Assembly (NCBI RefSeq): GCF_037042905.1
Contig: NC_087251.1
Location: 26,600,001 to 26,660,000, forward strand
DNA length: 60,000 nt
Reading direction: 5' to 3'
DNA from: Lytechinus pictus
Taxonomy: Eukaryota
The position numbers and the translations under genes are program-made. The notes beneath the pieces were generated by a model, which was given only the letters and a program-made list of their open reading frames with translations, searched no databases and had not been told where the DNA came from. Positions 38,602 to 50,958 of the stretch are shown here, one piece after another (the first letter of the stretch is position 1; each line of letters starts with the position of its first letter).

Positions 38602-38955
38602 ATTACACAGACGAGCTCCCTGGGTTACGACCCACCCGGCCCTGCCCCTGCCATCGCCCATAACGAGCGACGAAGATGGAGTGACTCTAGGATCTCTGGC
38701 GAAGCCTAGCCAGGAGGCTCCTAGAGAGTAAAAATCATTCACTAACGGAGCCAGGGATTGCGTCCCATTCGTGTGCGTATACTGCAAAAACAACTGGAAT
38801 TTTAGCCCCCGAGATTTTTACTTTCCCACTTGGCAATGTGTTACCGATTACCAATTTTACCGGATATTTCCGGTAATATCACCCGGAAATTTGAGTAACA
38901 CCAAATATTACCGTTATTACCATGCTATTACCGTAATTATAATTCCTGTTGCTAC

Positions 38956-40490
38956 CTGTTACTGTTATCACCCTGATGAAACCGACAGTTGCCTAGTTAC
39001 AACAGGGTGATGATGGGTAATAAGGGTAATGTTGAATGACTTTGATTGGTTATAACATTGCAAACTTTAGTAATAAAACAGTAATCTTACAGCAATCTCA
39101 GCGAAAAAAGTCCAAAAAGTCCAAAAAATTACTGTTATCACCCTGATGAAACCAACATTTTATCCAGTTACAACAGGGTGATGAGGGGTAATAAGGGTAG
39201 CCTAATGTTGAATGACTTTGATTGGTTATAACATTGCAAACTTTAGTAATAAAACAGTAATCTTACAGCAATTGCAACAAATTTTCAAGTCCAAAAAATT
39301 ATTGTTATCACTCTGCACAAAACCTACATTTTACTAGAGTTACAACAGGGTGATGATGGGTAATATGGGTAATGTTGAATGACTTTGATTGGTTATAACA
39401 TTGCAAACTTTAGTAATAACAGTAATCTTACAGCAATCGCAACAACATTTTCAAGTCCAAAAAATGATTGTTATCACCCTGCACAAAACCTACATTGTAC
39501 TAGAGTTACAACAGGGTGATGAGGGGTAATATGGGTAATGTTGAATGACTTTGATTGGTTATAACATTGCAAACTTTAGTAATAACAGTAATCTTACAGC
39601 AATTGCAACAAAATTTTCAAGTCCAAAAAATTACTGTTTTCACCCTGCACAAAACCTACATTTTACCGAGTTACAACAGGGTGATGATGGGTAATAAGGG
39701 TAATGTTGAATGACTTTGATTGGTAATAACATTGCAAACTTTAGTAATAACAGTAATCTTACAGCAATCCCAACAAAAAATTTTAATCCAAAAAATAACT
39801 GTTATCACCCCGATGAAACCCATATCTTACCGAGTTACAACTGGGTGATGAAGGGTGATATGGTAATGATGAATGGCTTGATTGGTTATAACATTGCAAA
39901 CTTTAGTAATAACAGTAATCTTACAGCAATCGCAACAACATTTTCAAGTCCAAAAAATTACTGTTTTCACCCTGCACAAAACCTACATTTTACCGAGTTA
40001 CAACAGGGTGATGATGGGTAATAAGGGTAATGTTGAATGACTTTGATTGGTAATAACATTGCAAACTTTAGTAATAACAGTAATCTTACAGCAATCCCAA
40101 CAACAATTTTTAATCCAAAAAATAACTGTTATCACCCCGATGAAACCCATATCTTACCGAGTTACAACTGGGTGATGAGGGGTAATATGGTAATGATGAA
40201 TGGCTTGATTGGTTATAACAAAATTTATAACAAAATTTTCCAAAAAAAAATACTGTTACAGGCCTACCCCTATGAAACCGACATTATACTGAATTACAAC
40301 ATGGTGATGAAAGGCAATATGGGTAATGTTAAATGGATTCCATTGGTTGTAACCTTGTGTAAACTTTAGTAATAATCTTACAACTATCCCAGGGAAATCT
40401 TCAATTCCAAAAAAATTACTGTTATCACCCTGATGAAACCGACATTTTACCGAGTTGCAACAGGTTGATAAGGGGTAATGGGTAATGTTG
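38956..40490. repeat. ~165-bp tandem repeat, about 10 units
   Basis: Marker 'tgtt(a/t)tcac(c/t)c' recurs at ~38962, 39132, 39302, 39468, 39634, 39798, 39961, 40126 and 40419, with a degenerate unit at ~40253. Confidence 0.95.
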
Positions 40491-41603
40491 AAACGCTTCC
40501 ATTCCCAGACAGCAAAGTATCTGGATCACATATGGTTCTTATCTGGGATATCTGGGTCCCATATGGGCCCACATGGAACCCAGATGGAAACGAGACCTCC
40601 AACCCACGCAGAACCCATTAATATTGGGTAAATGGAGTAATATGAAAATGCTGGCAATATTAGTTACTCATGAATATTCATTACTACAATAAATGGCCAA
40701 AATTTTAGCTAATATAGCTGTAATAATTGATATGTTTATGCAATGATTCCACCCAGAAAAGTTTCAGAAAAATATGTAGTTTATATATCATATTATTCAT
40801 AATCATGACATTTAATTTTAGAAAAATGTTTTAGGGTTAAATAATTGTTAACCTTAATTTGTCAAGTGTTGTAAACTCGCTCAGTATATAGAAGTCAATG
40901 ACAGGACCCGGTGGATAGGTGTAGGATAGGATTAGGATGTAGGATTCTAGGATAATATAAGATGATATGGTTGTAAAAATGTGCTTCAATGACCTTAATG
41001 ACACTAATATATTTTTTTTAATGAGCCCACATTAATTGGGTAATATTGGGTAAACGGAGTAATATCAGGTGGTAATTTCATGAAAACTTGTCCTTTAATG
41101 AAAGCAGAAAAGAAAGAGGAATATTTTTTTAGCAGTGAAAAATTTAACAAAAAATTAAAAAACCCACAAGCCTTGAACAAATCTAGTAGTTTCCCAAGCG
41201 GGAAGAGTTCCTTTTGCGACAGCGACCCAAAGTGAATTAGGGTTAGGGTAAGGTTTCATGCAAATCATTTTTGTCCAAGTAAAGTTTGTTGAAATGTAGT
41301 TTTTACCCACGCTTGATTCGGTGTGTTTTTAATGACCCCATGAGTGCCTACTTCCCATGGGTAACTCTCAGAGTATCATCGCTTTTAAAAATTAAATCAG
41401 TAGGAATAAAGATAAAGATTGTAGGCCTACTTTCATCTAGTGTTTTGGTTTTAGCATGCATTAACTTAGGTTGTGGATTCCTCTCAGTCGATCTATCATG
41501 GGAGTGAAACTTCACAAGAATTTTAAGATTTTTCTGAAATGAGTTAGTGATGTAACTTGTTAGAAATAGAGCCAATGTATTTTTCATTTCATTTCCATCA
41601 CAG

Positions 41604-41740
41604 GATGCATGGCATATCATGGGCATCGGGTGAAAATATTTGATGTCAATGCATCAGCTCTTTCTGTTGTTCAGGAGAATTTAGACCAAGACAAAGATGA
41701 ATTACATAGAGACGGGCTGATGACACACCCAAAGTTTCTG
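41604..41740 (+). CDS. 3HCDH_N-RING fusion gene, coding exon 2
   Basis: (G)CMAYHGHRVKIFDVNASAL...LHRDGLMTHPKFL; beta-2 Asp typical of NAD-binding folds; 137 nt, AG/GT. Confidence 0.92.
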
Positions 41741-42249
41741 GTAATTATCAATTTGATGGAATCATCATGCGATAGTCTAATTATAAAAAATTCCTTGATA
41801 TCTGAACTCTTTAGTGACAACCCAGTTCCAGAAAGCAACTAGTTTAGTTTTGGATATATCCATAATTTTCAGTTTAGATTGGATATTGATTATTCTTGTT
41901 GCCAATGGTTTATATTTTCATATTTGAGTATGAATGTCATGCTATGATTTTTTATCCTGAAATTCTGAAACTTCATATGATATCATCTCAAAGTGACCCT
42001 TTAAAATAGAATTTCTAGGTAGAAAGATGGGTTCAATTATCTTATCTGGAACTATATAGTTTTGTAATGATTAAAATTTCTTATGGTCATGCCCTTTAAA
42101 TTAGATTAGATGAATGTAAAAAAAACATCTTGGAGTGAAAATTTGATCATTGGGTATTGGATAATGATTATTGTTGGAATGTCATGAAAGTTGATGATGG
42201 TGATGATGATTATAGTTATGTTGTAGATGATTCTTTTTGTTGTTATCTT

Positions 42250-42277
42250 TCATCATCATCATATCACCATCATCATT

Positions 42278-42309
<32 letters not shown>
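42250..42309. repeat. (CAT)n microsatellite
   Basis: catcatcat... run. Confidence 0.9.
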
Positions 42310-42530
42310 TTGTTACAAAAGAGTTGTTTATACATGTAGTGTAGTGAGAGTATTTTCATTTACAGGGAAATATTGAATAGATCAAGCCTAATTCATACAT
42401 CAAGAAAATAGGCTCAGAATACTTTTTTTATTATTCAAAATTAGGAAAATGTGCAAACTATTGAAGTATGAAAAAGGAGGCACAGTAGAAATCATTATAA
42501 ATTTAAATGTTTTCTGTATTTGATTTCTAG

Positions 42531-42636
42531 GGGCAAGTATTATGCATGAGCCGATTAGAGGATGCAGTAGATGATGCAGAGTTCATCTTTGAGGCTGTGA
42601 TTGAAGATTTAGATGTCAAGAAAGAATTGTTTGAAA
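42531..42636 (+). CDS. 3HCDH_N-RING fusion gene, coding exon 3
   Basis: GQVLCMSRLEDAVDDAEFIFEAVIEDLDVKKELFE contains the 3-hydroxyacyl-CoA dehydrogenase 'EAxxExxxxKxxxF' motif; 106 nt. Confidence 0.94.
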
Positions 42637-43446
42637 GTAAGTCTTGGTCTTCTGCTTTTCTGATGATCTTCCATTTTGTCCTTTGATTTTCATTCACTTC
42701 TTATTGTTTCAAAGGCTTATATGTAGGCCTACATTCATCTTTGATTTTGTAAGTGGAATGGGTGCTACAAATTTCTAATTATTTGTTATGTCTGAGTCTG
42801 AAAGTTATTAATTTTGAGTTTGAATTTTTTTTCTTTACATGCTTGGCTCACCAGTAGTGTCACTGGACTGGACATTAAGTTTACTACATAATTATTAGCA
42901 TCATCATGGATATGATAAATATATCCTTGTAATACTGGCTTTTGAATCCTTATTTCTTTACAATCATTTCAATCGTACATAATTAAATTTTCTGCATATC
43001 TCCATCTTACACTTCATTTTTATCATTCATCTGTTGTTTATCTATAATTTCAATGAATAGACATGCATTTATCTAAGATTTACTGATGATCAGTTTAATT
43101 CTATCATACTGAACTGCTTTAAGTGAGTCCATATTTATGTACATGTAATCTTACTTTAAACCGTCAATAAGCTGTAATTTACTGTCTTATTTATTTATAA
43201 AACTTACTTGCATTTCTTTCAATATGAATGTTGTATATTCTATAGATGCGTATGAAAATTTTATACCTTTAATTATCATTTTCTAGTCATTTTTTCATTT
43301 CATAATTCAGTTTTTTTTTAAATAAAATTGTGTCTTTCTACACATTCTATAAAATCATAACGGTCAAATTTCACTTCTTTTACACGGAATAATTCAATCT
43401 ATGAATATAATTATGTCATTCTTGGTGTTCAATTATTTCTTTACAG

Positions 43447-43541
43447 GGCTAACTCAGATGTGTAAACCAGATGCTATTATTGGCAGTAATTCTCTTCAGT
43501 GTAATATTGATGAAGTTGCAGAACGGGCAAATTGTAAAGAG
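43447..43541 (+). CDS. 3HCDH_N-RING fusion gene, coding exon 4
   Basis: (R)LTQMCKPDAIIGSNSLQCNIDEVAERANCKE; 95 nt. Confidence 0.92.
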
Positions 43542-44720
43542 GTACATATCAAAACCTAATTGTGAATGTGTAATGGTTTTAAACACGGTAACTCTGTAAG
43601 CCATATTTAGGAGGCTTTTAAACCAAGAAGAAAATAACATCCTATGGGTTATGCGATTAGCCAGGTGCATTGGCGTGCTGGTGCATTGCCATATTCATGC
43701 AAAAATTATATTCTGTTATCCATACTGAAAGACTCTAGATTGCAAAATGAACTTAAAACAGCACCCAAACCCAATTTTTTTATAAAAAGTGCAAAGCGTG
43801 TGGAAGTACAAGAGTATTTATGGGGGTTTCCATCATGTAACCCTTTTTCATTCAATGATGTCACACTGTTCTACTCACTGTATTGCTCTACCAGCACTAT
43901 TTGTTTATATTTAATCAGAGTCAGTTTCTGGGGTCAAATCGACTTGCATATTCACTGGCCTTAAGAGCAACCATTAATGTGTTGCTTGCAAGAGAATCAT
44001 GTTGTTTTGAGTCATAGATGAATTAATGATTCTTTTAAATGCATCATTTTTATGTTTCCTGTAAATATAGCTTCCTATAAATATAGCTAGTCACTGTCAT
44101 TACCCTCTGGTCTGATATATTTAGCAATGACAAATATTGGCCCCTCTGATTTCAGTGATTCAAGCATGTAGGTATGTAATCCCCATGAATCTTTAGCAGT
44201 ATAAGTTTTTACAAAAATACACATTTTTTTTAGATACAAACTATAATAAAGTCCTACTGAAAGGAATCATAGAGAATGACATCGGGCATTCCCCTAAATT
44301 ATTACAGTGGTCTCCAGGGCAATGTGGCAAATGGCAAATTATAACAATTTCACTCTCCTGTAGGATTTGGAGTACTGTGCAAACTACAGTTTTCATTTGC
44401 AATCCAAATGCCTCGCATACATAGGAAATAAAATTGCTTGTTGGACTATTACAAGAGCTAATTTAAAATTGCTTTAGAATTTCCTTCGTAGTCTGTTTCT
44501 ATTGGGAATGTAGCTCATTTTTATTATGCAATGAATACTCTGATATAATGAGTTGCATTCCTAACTTTTATGATATCAAATACACATTGATGGTATAAAA
44601 TCACTCAAAGAATATCTTGTATTTGCTCATCAAATGAAAATAATAATTTAAAATGATTTTGATTATTGCCATATCTGTTAGATTGTATTTTTTTAATTTC
44701 TTCTTTATTAAACAAAACAG

Positions 44721-44817
44721 AGGATTATGAACCTGAGGTTTCTTCATCCTGTATACACAATTCCTGAAGTAGAGATTACTACAACCAGACACACAACACC
44801 TAATAATGTAGAGAAAG
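44721..44817 (+). CDS. 3HCDH_N-RING fusion gene, coding exon 5
   Basis: RIMNLRFLHPVYTIPEVEITTTRHTTPNNVEK aligns with HADH '[26 protein letters not shown]'; 97 nt. Confidence 0.92.
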
Positions 44818-45534
44818 GTGAGTTCATCCTCAAGAAACTGTTATAATAATTTATGAACAACAAGTTATCATACGTCATGGAAATATCTCTTTTTCTAAGT
44901 GAAGTATAGATTACCTCAACCAGTAGTACAAGACTATTTCATTGGTCCATGAATGTTTTACATACAGTACATGTATATACACACAAAGAGGAATTATACA
45001 ATCTATCATTACAATTTAGAAAACTATACATACACCAAAAAATAAATAAATAAATAACTTGGTAATGACTTTCTGCAATAGCTTAATACCCCTTAAAATT
45101 CATAATTCATATGTATGGTGATAAGAGATCTGCATGCTGCTATAACCCCCCCCCCATTTTAGAAAACTTTATAGAAACAAACGGAACAACATCTAATAAT
45201 GTAGAGATAGTTTAGTGTATCTATTTGAAACTGTAATAATGAACATCAAATTACTGTACATCATGTGAACAAATACATTAACCTAAATCATGAGTCTCAT
45301 TTTTATGTGGTTTTCTTTATGTTTTGATAAATAAGAGACATTGCTTTAAAGAGATAGCAAAATGTTCTTCAATCGAAGTAAATGCCTATGATAATTGATT
45401 TAAGCAATTCTTAGTATGTTGCTCATGCAACATACCTATACTGATTATCAACCCTTGAGATGACCATTTTCAACTACCGGTAATAGCCTTTACCATGTTT
45501 TTCTACAAGATGTTTGTGTTTTTTTATTTAATAG

Positions 45535-45633
45535 TGAGGCAATTATTGGAGAAGATGGGCAAGACTCTCTTTTATCGTTCAGGTAAAGAACCTCTCATCC
45601 TCTCAGCCATCCAGATTGCTTCAAGAAAATTGG
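45535..45633 (+). CDS. 3HCDH_N-RING fusion gene, coding exon 6
   Basis: (V)RQLLEKMGKTLFYRSGKEPLILSAIQIASRKL; the 'xGK' end of 3HCDH_N; 99 nt, phase 1/1. Confidence 0.9.
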
Positions 45634-45656
45634 GTAGGTTTGGATTTTGTTATTAA

Positions 45657-46259
45657 AGGCCAAGTCCACCCCAAAAAATTGTTTATTTGAATCGATAGAG
45701 AAAAATCAAACAAACATAACACTGCAAATTTCATCAAAATCTGATGTAAAATAAGAAAGTTATGACATTTTTAAGTTTCGCTTATTTTTCACAAAACAGT
45801 TAAACGCACAACTCAGCGATATGCAATTCGAGAGTCGATGATGTCCATCACTCACTATTTTGTTTGTTTTTTATTGTTTGAATTATACAATATTTCAATT
45901 TTTACAGATTTGACAATAAGGACCAACTTGACTTAACCATAAACTGTTGAAATAATGGTAATTCCAGGTGTCCAGGGAGTAATAAAATTTTGTTTCACAT
46001 GACAATGAGGAGAAAATTAGAATGTTTCATATTTCATATAATAAAATACAAAAGAAATAGTGAGTGGGTGACGTCATCGGTCTGCCAATTTGCATACCGA
46101 CCAGGATGTGTATAGAACTGTTTTTGTGAAATTAAGCGAAACTTTAAAATGTCATAACTTTCTTATTTTACCTCTGATTCTGATGAAATTTTCAGTGTTT
46201 TGCTTGTTGGAATTTCTTCATTTATTCAAATTAACTTTTTGGTGGGGTGGACTTGCCCT
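45657..46259. mobile_element. ~600-bp Kolobok-type MITE
   Basis: ttaa|aggccaagtccacccc ... ggggtggacttgccct|ttaa. Confidence 0.85.
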
Positions 46260-47061
46260 TTAATAATATTTAAGAATATAAGCAAAAATCCAGAGAAAAA
46301 TGTCGGAGATTAAACATTCATGAAAACCTGCCTATGTCTTTCTGTTTCAAAGAGCACATTATTGGTAATATCAGCCTTACTAAAAAATTTTAGTATGTAC
46401 CTTGACATCCTCAACTTATAAAACTACATAATCATCACACAATGGTTTTACGCGCATCAGAAATATGTAAAAATCAGTAATTGGATTTTGTACACTGTTG
46501 CTTGTTAGAAAAGAAATAAAGAGTGCACTTGTAGCTCTCTCTTAATGGATTCATTCTCGTAATAATTAATTACATCAGTGTCATTATTAGCTCTTTTGAG
46601 TGAAACTAATTCTGCATTTTCCTTCAAATTCCTTTTGTATTTTGTTATTTGATCCAATAACACATTAGCTGGAGTAGCAGATTTTAAAGTAAAGGAGACT
46701 TACAGAATATGAAGAATTACACATTTTAAAGAATATAATCAATATGGCACATGTGAACAGTGTCATTACACCATTTCAGCATATCTCATTGGCTACATTT
46801 TTTTTTTAGGAATCTGTAATGTGTCATGTTTTCAAAACTTGACTCCATATTTTGTTGCTTGGTTCAAACAGCAGGATGTCAGTGGATTTTAAGGCAAATG
46901 AGACTTACAGAATATCCTTATGTAAACAAAATATTAATTAATTGATATTGAAGGCACATGTGACTAATTTCAACATATCTTGTTGGCTACATTCTATATT
47001 ACCTACATTCTGAAAACTGTTTTGTAAAATTGTCATGTTTCATGTTACTTGGTTCAAACAG

Positions 47062-47172
47062 CACGTCGGCAGCAGATTTTGAGGCAAAGGGGACTTGCGG
47101 GATTCCCTCAAAATGATGTACCAGGCCTGGGCCACGATGGCAATACAACACCTATGCAAGATGATGAATGTG
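47062..47172 (+). CDS. 3HCDH_N-RING fusion gene, coding exon 7 (linker)
   Basis: (A)RRQQILRQRGLAGFPQNDVPGLGHDGNTTPMQDDEC; cag| and |gtgagt; 111 nt, phase 1/1. Confidence 0.82.
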
Positions 47173-47602
47173 GTGAGTAGATTCTAATTCTACATGTAAT
47201 GTGATACTGCACGAGCATGTATGTTGGTTTAGAAATAGCTACCAGAATATAACGACCTGCTATTTCATAATACCTTGTGCCATTTAGTGCCACATCAATG
47301 AAAGGTAGCAGCTGAACTGTGAAAGAACTGTCCATGTTCTCATATTGCTATTGTGTAGTGCAAACCAAGATGGTGCTTGATGGTGCCATTGCTGGTGCGT
47401 GAAATCTAAATGGAAGTAATTGTTTGACCTATTTCAGATTTTTTTGTCAACGAATCTCATATCTCTAATGAAGCAGTATTCAGGTGCATGGAAAACAAGG
47501 CTATTTTTATGAAATAGGATGGTGATCCCAATTGATCTGGCATAAAAGCTTTAATATTTTTTAAGATAGAGAACTGCAATGCAAATCAGACTTGTCAATT
47601 CT

Positions 47603-47945
47603 GGTTCTGACTCTCACCTTGTAAACAGAGGGTCGTGTGTTCGAATCCCACTGCGGTCTGGCGTCCTTTGGCAAGGCGTTAATCCACACTTTGCCACTCT
47701 CGACCCAGGTGCTAAATGGGTACCCGGTAGGATGTGAAAGTCATTGTAGCTTGTCCAGTACTGTGTGCGCCTCACCGGCGACTGACTGGAATACTCCCCA
47801 GGGAGTGGAGGATATGCATACATTGTGTGCGGGAATAACTGATTGAATCCGATGACCGGGATAATATATCTGTAAAGCGCTTAGACACGTCGTTCCGATG
47901 TATTAAGTGCTATATAAAAGCGGATTATTACTATTATTAATAATA
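47603..47945 (+). mobile_element. tRNA-derived SINE, slightly 5'-truncated, with an L2/CR1-like tail
   Basis: B-box gttcgaatccc; core ctcgacccaggtgctaaatgggtacc; tail tgtaaagcgctt...tatataaa...(tat)n. Confidence 0.8.
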
Positions 47946-47974
47946 TAATTGGTTCACAGTTGTGTGCAGAAGTA

Positions 47975-48119
47975 GGGTAGATCGGAAGTAGGGGACAACA
48001 CTGTTGTATTATTAATAGCAATAAATTGAGGGCAGTATTGCATAAATTTATTTTACAGGCGTTAATGAAAATTACAATGTTTCAACTTACCCCGTGTTCC
48101 AACTAACCCCGATCTCCCC
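47975..48119. mobile_element. 145-bp TA-flanked MITE related to the 26865-30202 element
   Basis: ta|gggtagatcgg ... ccaactaaccccgatctcccc|ta. Confidence 0.6.
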
Positions 48120-48605
48120 TACTAAGTACTAGTATGCAGACAGCAGTCTATGATATTATCTCTTGCAATTTTTCTTTGGTCACCTCATATGTCTATGACT
48201 TTAAATGTTTGAGCTTTGTTTTACTATGTTTCAACATACATAGCATGTTTGTTTTTGGTTTTATTATAAAAAATTCAAACTCTAATTTGAACATTTACCC
48301 GTGTCACTCCTGTAAATCTTTTTCTGTTAAAATTTGTATCAGGGCAGTGTTACCCTTTAAAGGGCATAATTGTTTTGATGTTTAAAATTTGTTCTTTTGT
48401 TCATCTTTTATCATTATTTTTCATTGTTAAAAAAAATGTGAGTTTATAATTTGTTGAAGTTTACCACAACATTTCACACCAGATTTCAATACTTGTACAT
48501 GCTCTCATCCAATATTTGAAATTATTCTTTTCTTTGTACTTACACATGCATGCTACATGGGGTTTGTACTAACAAGCATTCTGCTTTCACGGTTTGACAT
48601 TTCAG

Positions 48606-48784
48606 CCACGAGTAACGAATTCGACTGCGCAATTTGCATGGACCGAAAACGTGACTGCCTCCTGTGCCCATGCCACCATCTCGTCACTTGTCACGAATGT
48701 GCGAAATCGCTCGTAAATCGCCAAGACTGCTGCCCGATATGCCGGAAGGAGATTTCAGAGATCATTCGCGTGTTTACGGCTTGA
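48606..48784 (+). CDS. 3HCDH_N-RING fusion gene, coding exon 8: C3HC4 RING (IAP/MDM2/Neuralized-like) and stop
   Basis: (A)TSNEFDCAICMDRKRDCLLCPCHHLVTCHECAKSLVNRQDCCPICRKEISEIIRVFTA*; acceptor ttcag|. Spliced CDS is 876 nt, 291 aa. Confidence 0.92.
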
Positions 48785-49405
48785 TGCAATGATGATTAAG
48801 AACTTTATTGCACAGGGTTTCCAATCATAAAAAGAGGCTTCATGGCCTTTATGCTGAACTGCAGTTTTATTAATACCATGGTTTAATTTGAGTAGCCAAA
48901 ATTGTCAGAAGTAAAAAAAAATTTTTGTACAATTAATGTTCATTTTTTGTTTGTTGGACTTCTGGACCCTGTAACATGATTGCTTGCAAATTGTAAAATG
49001 ACATCGGTCAATCAGTATCTGTGTTGCGTGAACACAATGTCTATTATATCCCTTATCTACCAATCATGATAGTTGTACTGAATTGCAATTTGTCATAAAT
49101 CTATAGTGTCACAGGGTCCTAGTCTCTTAATATAATGGTCGAGAAAACAATTGCACTTATCATTCCCAGACAACCAATATGATATGAATACCAAAAATGT
49201 TTACAAATCAAATATCTATGTTCCGTAGAGATTAATGTTCCATCTGGCTATGTGTGGTTTAACATAAATGTAAACCTTTGAGTTAAACCAGGGGATGTGT
49301 TCCATATAGCTGTTTGTACATTAAACTCAGCTTTATGCATGACTGTTGACATGTTCATGGGGTGCCAAGTCAGATTCTCAACCATTTGTATTCCCATTTG
49401 ATATT

Positions 49406-49663
49406 GGGCCCCATCTTACAAAGTATTGCAGTTGATCTGATCAACCTCAACTTTATTGAAATCCATCAATGCCATAATTTTTGTTCTCCAGGAATTTTGC
49501 ACAATGTTCCTTGTAAACAAAGAGAAGTACACTGAATTTTCAAGAAAACAATGAATGTATTAATACATCATATGTATAAAATATGCATTTGGATATCGAC
49601 GTTGCTGGCTTTTCGTAGTTGTGGTTGATCAGATCACTTGCAATACTTTGTAAGACGAGGCCC
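49406..49663. mobile_element. ~260-bp MITE (Harbinger-like), copy 1
   Basis: gggccccatcttacaaag ... ctttgtaagacgaggccc. Confidence 0.7.
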
Positions 49664-50462
49664 TGATCTTTGTAAATTAAAATTCTTGTTGTTAACAAGC
49701 ATAAGCATATGAATGAAAATTTAAAAAATGTCAGGATATGATATTAAAGTGCTATAGAAAATTCACTCCCACTGTGTTATAAGAGGTAAAAAAGGGGTCT
49801 CACATTTTGCCCCCATGAACAGGTCAGTCACAAGTCATGTGTAAATTTGTGCGCAATTCACGATCAGCTTTGTAAGATGCCACAGAGAGTTCAGAATGTT
49901 GGTCCAGGAGTATTTGCTCACTAAAATTGACCTTTGACCTTTGACAGGTCAATGGCCTTTCTGACTTCTTACATCCGCTACATTTGATTTTCATTTCTTT
50001 TATATTTTGACAATTTTTTATCGCTTATACTGTGATTTAAATTCTTTTACTCCTTTGTTGTTGTATACTTGTACATATGTTTTTAAAGGATGTCAAATAA
50101 ATAAATTGAATTGAATTGAATTGAAAATGAGAGCACCCAAAGTGAGTTGGGATGCTATTGCACTCTTCTTGCCCACAGTTGGAATTATTAATTCATAGTA
50201 GGAATTTTTATTATGAATCATTGTAGTAGTCTTTGATCTGACCAAAATCATTTGGATGTTCTTCAATGGTTCAACCAATATTTAGATGTCCAGAATATAA
50301 AGATCTATTCCACAAAATTTAAATGTATGTAGAAAATGTTTAAACAGTCACTTTAAATGTAGTAAGCTATTAATGAGTTGTTGAATATGTTGGTGCAATA
50401 TTGTATAGCTACATTTAAGGCACATATATAGTTAGAAGCGATGAAATACTTTTGAGTCTTCA

Positions 50463-50735
50463 GGGCCCCTTCTTATGAAGAGTTACGATTGATCCGATTT
50501 ACCTCAAATGTATGGAATTCCATCAGTGTCATATTTTTTTTCTACAAGAAATTTGCACAATGTCTCTTGTAAATAAAGCAAAGCACCCTCATTTTTGAAG
50601 AAAACAATGAATGTATGAATAAACAGCATGTCTAGAAAATATTTTGAACAAACAAGCATGTTATATGTTGATGTTGCTGGCTTTCCATAGTTGTGGTTGA
50701 TCGGATCAATCGCAAATCTTTGTAAGATGGGGCCC
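50463..50735. mobile_element. Same MITE family, copy 2
   Basis: gggccccttcttatgaag ... ctttgtaagatggggccc; internally homologous to copy 1. Confidence 0.7.
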
Positions 50736-50958
50736 GGGTGTCTACTTTAAATATTTAAAAGTAGTCGACTGTAAAATTATCTTTCATATAATATAACAGA
50801 TTATGTCATTTCACAATGGAAAACCATTTTTAAAGATTTATATGATTGTATATACATGTAGGTATTTTCCCAGTTTTTTAATGCAACTCATGCTATTTTT
50901 CTCTATATCTGATAAAGGGATGGCAATGGATATCTATTGTTTATTTGAGAGATATATA

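Noticed and set aside
37339..38731. 198-aa and 161-aa + strand ORFs
   Set aside because: They cross TE boundaries and palindromes, lie in intron 1 of the RING gene, and show no protein motifs.
38956..40490. CRISPR-like array, hammerhead array (ctgatga) or coding repeat (ORFs 39710 and 40037)
   Set aside because: Units are homologous along their full length with no unique spacers and no cas genes; ctgatga lacks a following stem II plus GAAA; the ORFs are by-products of the satellite.
42157..42339. Poly-His ORF
   Set aside because: (CAT)n microsatellite within an intron.
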